DNA of 64,000 nt from Psammoneis japonica (taxonomy: Eukaryota): contig QPGO01000032.1 in NCBI GenBank assembly GCA_008632985.1, forward strand, positions 369,330 through 433,329, written 5' to 3'. Shown one piece after another: positions 63,629 to 64,000 of the stretch; position 1 is the first letter of the stretch, and each line of letters starts with the position of its first letter. The notes under the pieces are model-generated. The model made no database searches and was not told the origin of the DNA. It was given only the letters and a program-made list of their open reading frames with translations. Both the position numbers and the translations under genes were made by a program.

Positions 63629-64000
63629 TTAACATCACAAGTTGGGAGACAGACATGAGCTTGGTTCTTCTGCAGTGTGTTTTGTTCTTGGGGTTCAAAA
63701 GTGACCCAGAGCTTGTCAAACCCAGCTTTGGCTTTCAAGCCCATGCAAAGCACCACAGCAAAATGACCCTGCAGAAGATCAAAATCTTTGTTGACTTCTC
63801 ATTGCTTGCTGGCAGTCCACTTCTGTTGTGCACAACTTCTGGTGGACATTTTTGAATGCACAAAAGCCAGGGCATTGAAAGCAAGTGCCTGTGCAATGCA
63901 CACACATCCCAATCCTGCAACTCCAAATGCCAAAGAGAAGTTCTCGATGCTCTTTGAAAATGAACGGATGAGCAGATTCCAGATCTGGGCCAATGAGAAC

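Larger units (their letters stand above)
56500..64000. repeat. TpA- and CpG-depleted domain (decayed repeat/TE, unidentified), interrupted by a MITE
   Basis: Composition; no credible ORF. Confidence 0.7.

Overview
Eukaryotic, diatom-like genomic DNA, inferred from short 75-105 nt introns and signal-peptide plus ASAFAP-like plastid-targeting N-termini. The window has two compositional compartments. (1) Gene islands (~6.4-9.4 kb, ~24-35.7 kb, ~37.9-56.5 kb) carry four members of an uncharacterised secreted Cys/Trp/Ala-Ser protein family, a TPR protein, an ABCG half-transporter, two CPBP/CAAX-protease paralogues, a 2OG-Fe(II) oxygenase, a PILS-like transporter, HAT1, a C14 sterol reductase, a STRA6-like membrane protein and a tandem class-3 lipase. 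(2) Large repeat-rich domains (~1-3.5, 4.2-6.3, 9.5-24, 35.7-37.9, 56.5-64 kb) are almost devoid of TpA, deeper inside also of CpG, and are rich in CA/TG. The most striking signal comes from a duplicated gene fragment at a domain edge, which shows directional TAY->TGY / RTA->RCA changes on both strands with CpG intact. TpAs surviving inside the domains are mostly YTAR. This points to a repeat-associated, context-specific 'reverse-RIP' A->G mutagenesis; its mechanism is inferred, not shown. An unmutated MITE, ~190-bp satellites with a higher-order repeat, TAG/CTA-rich patches and a cluster of probable assembly frameshifts (43-54 kb) are also present. Most short ORFs in the depleted domains are artefacts of losing TAA/TAG. 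All alignments and counts were done by eye.
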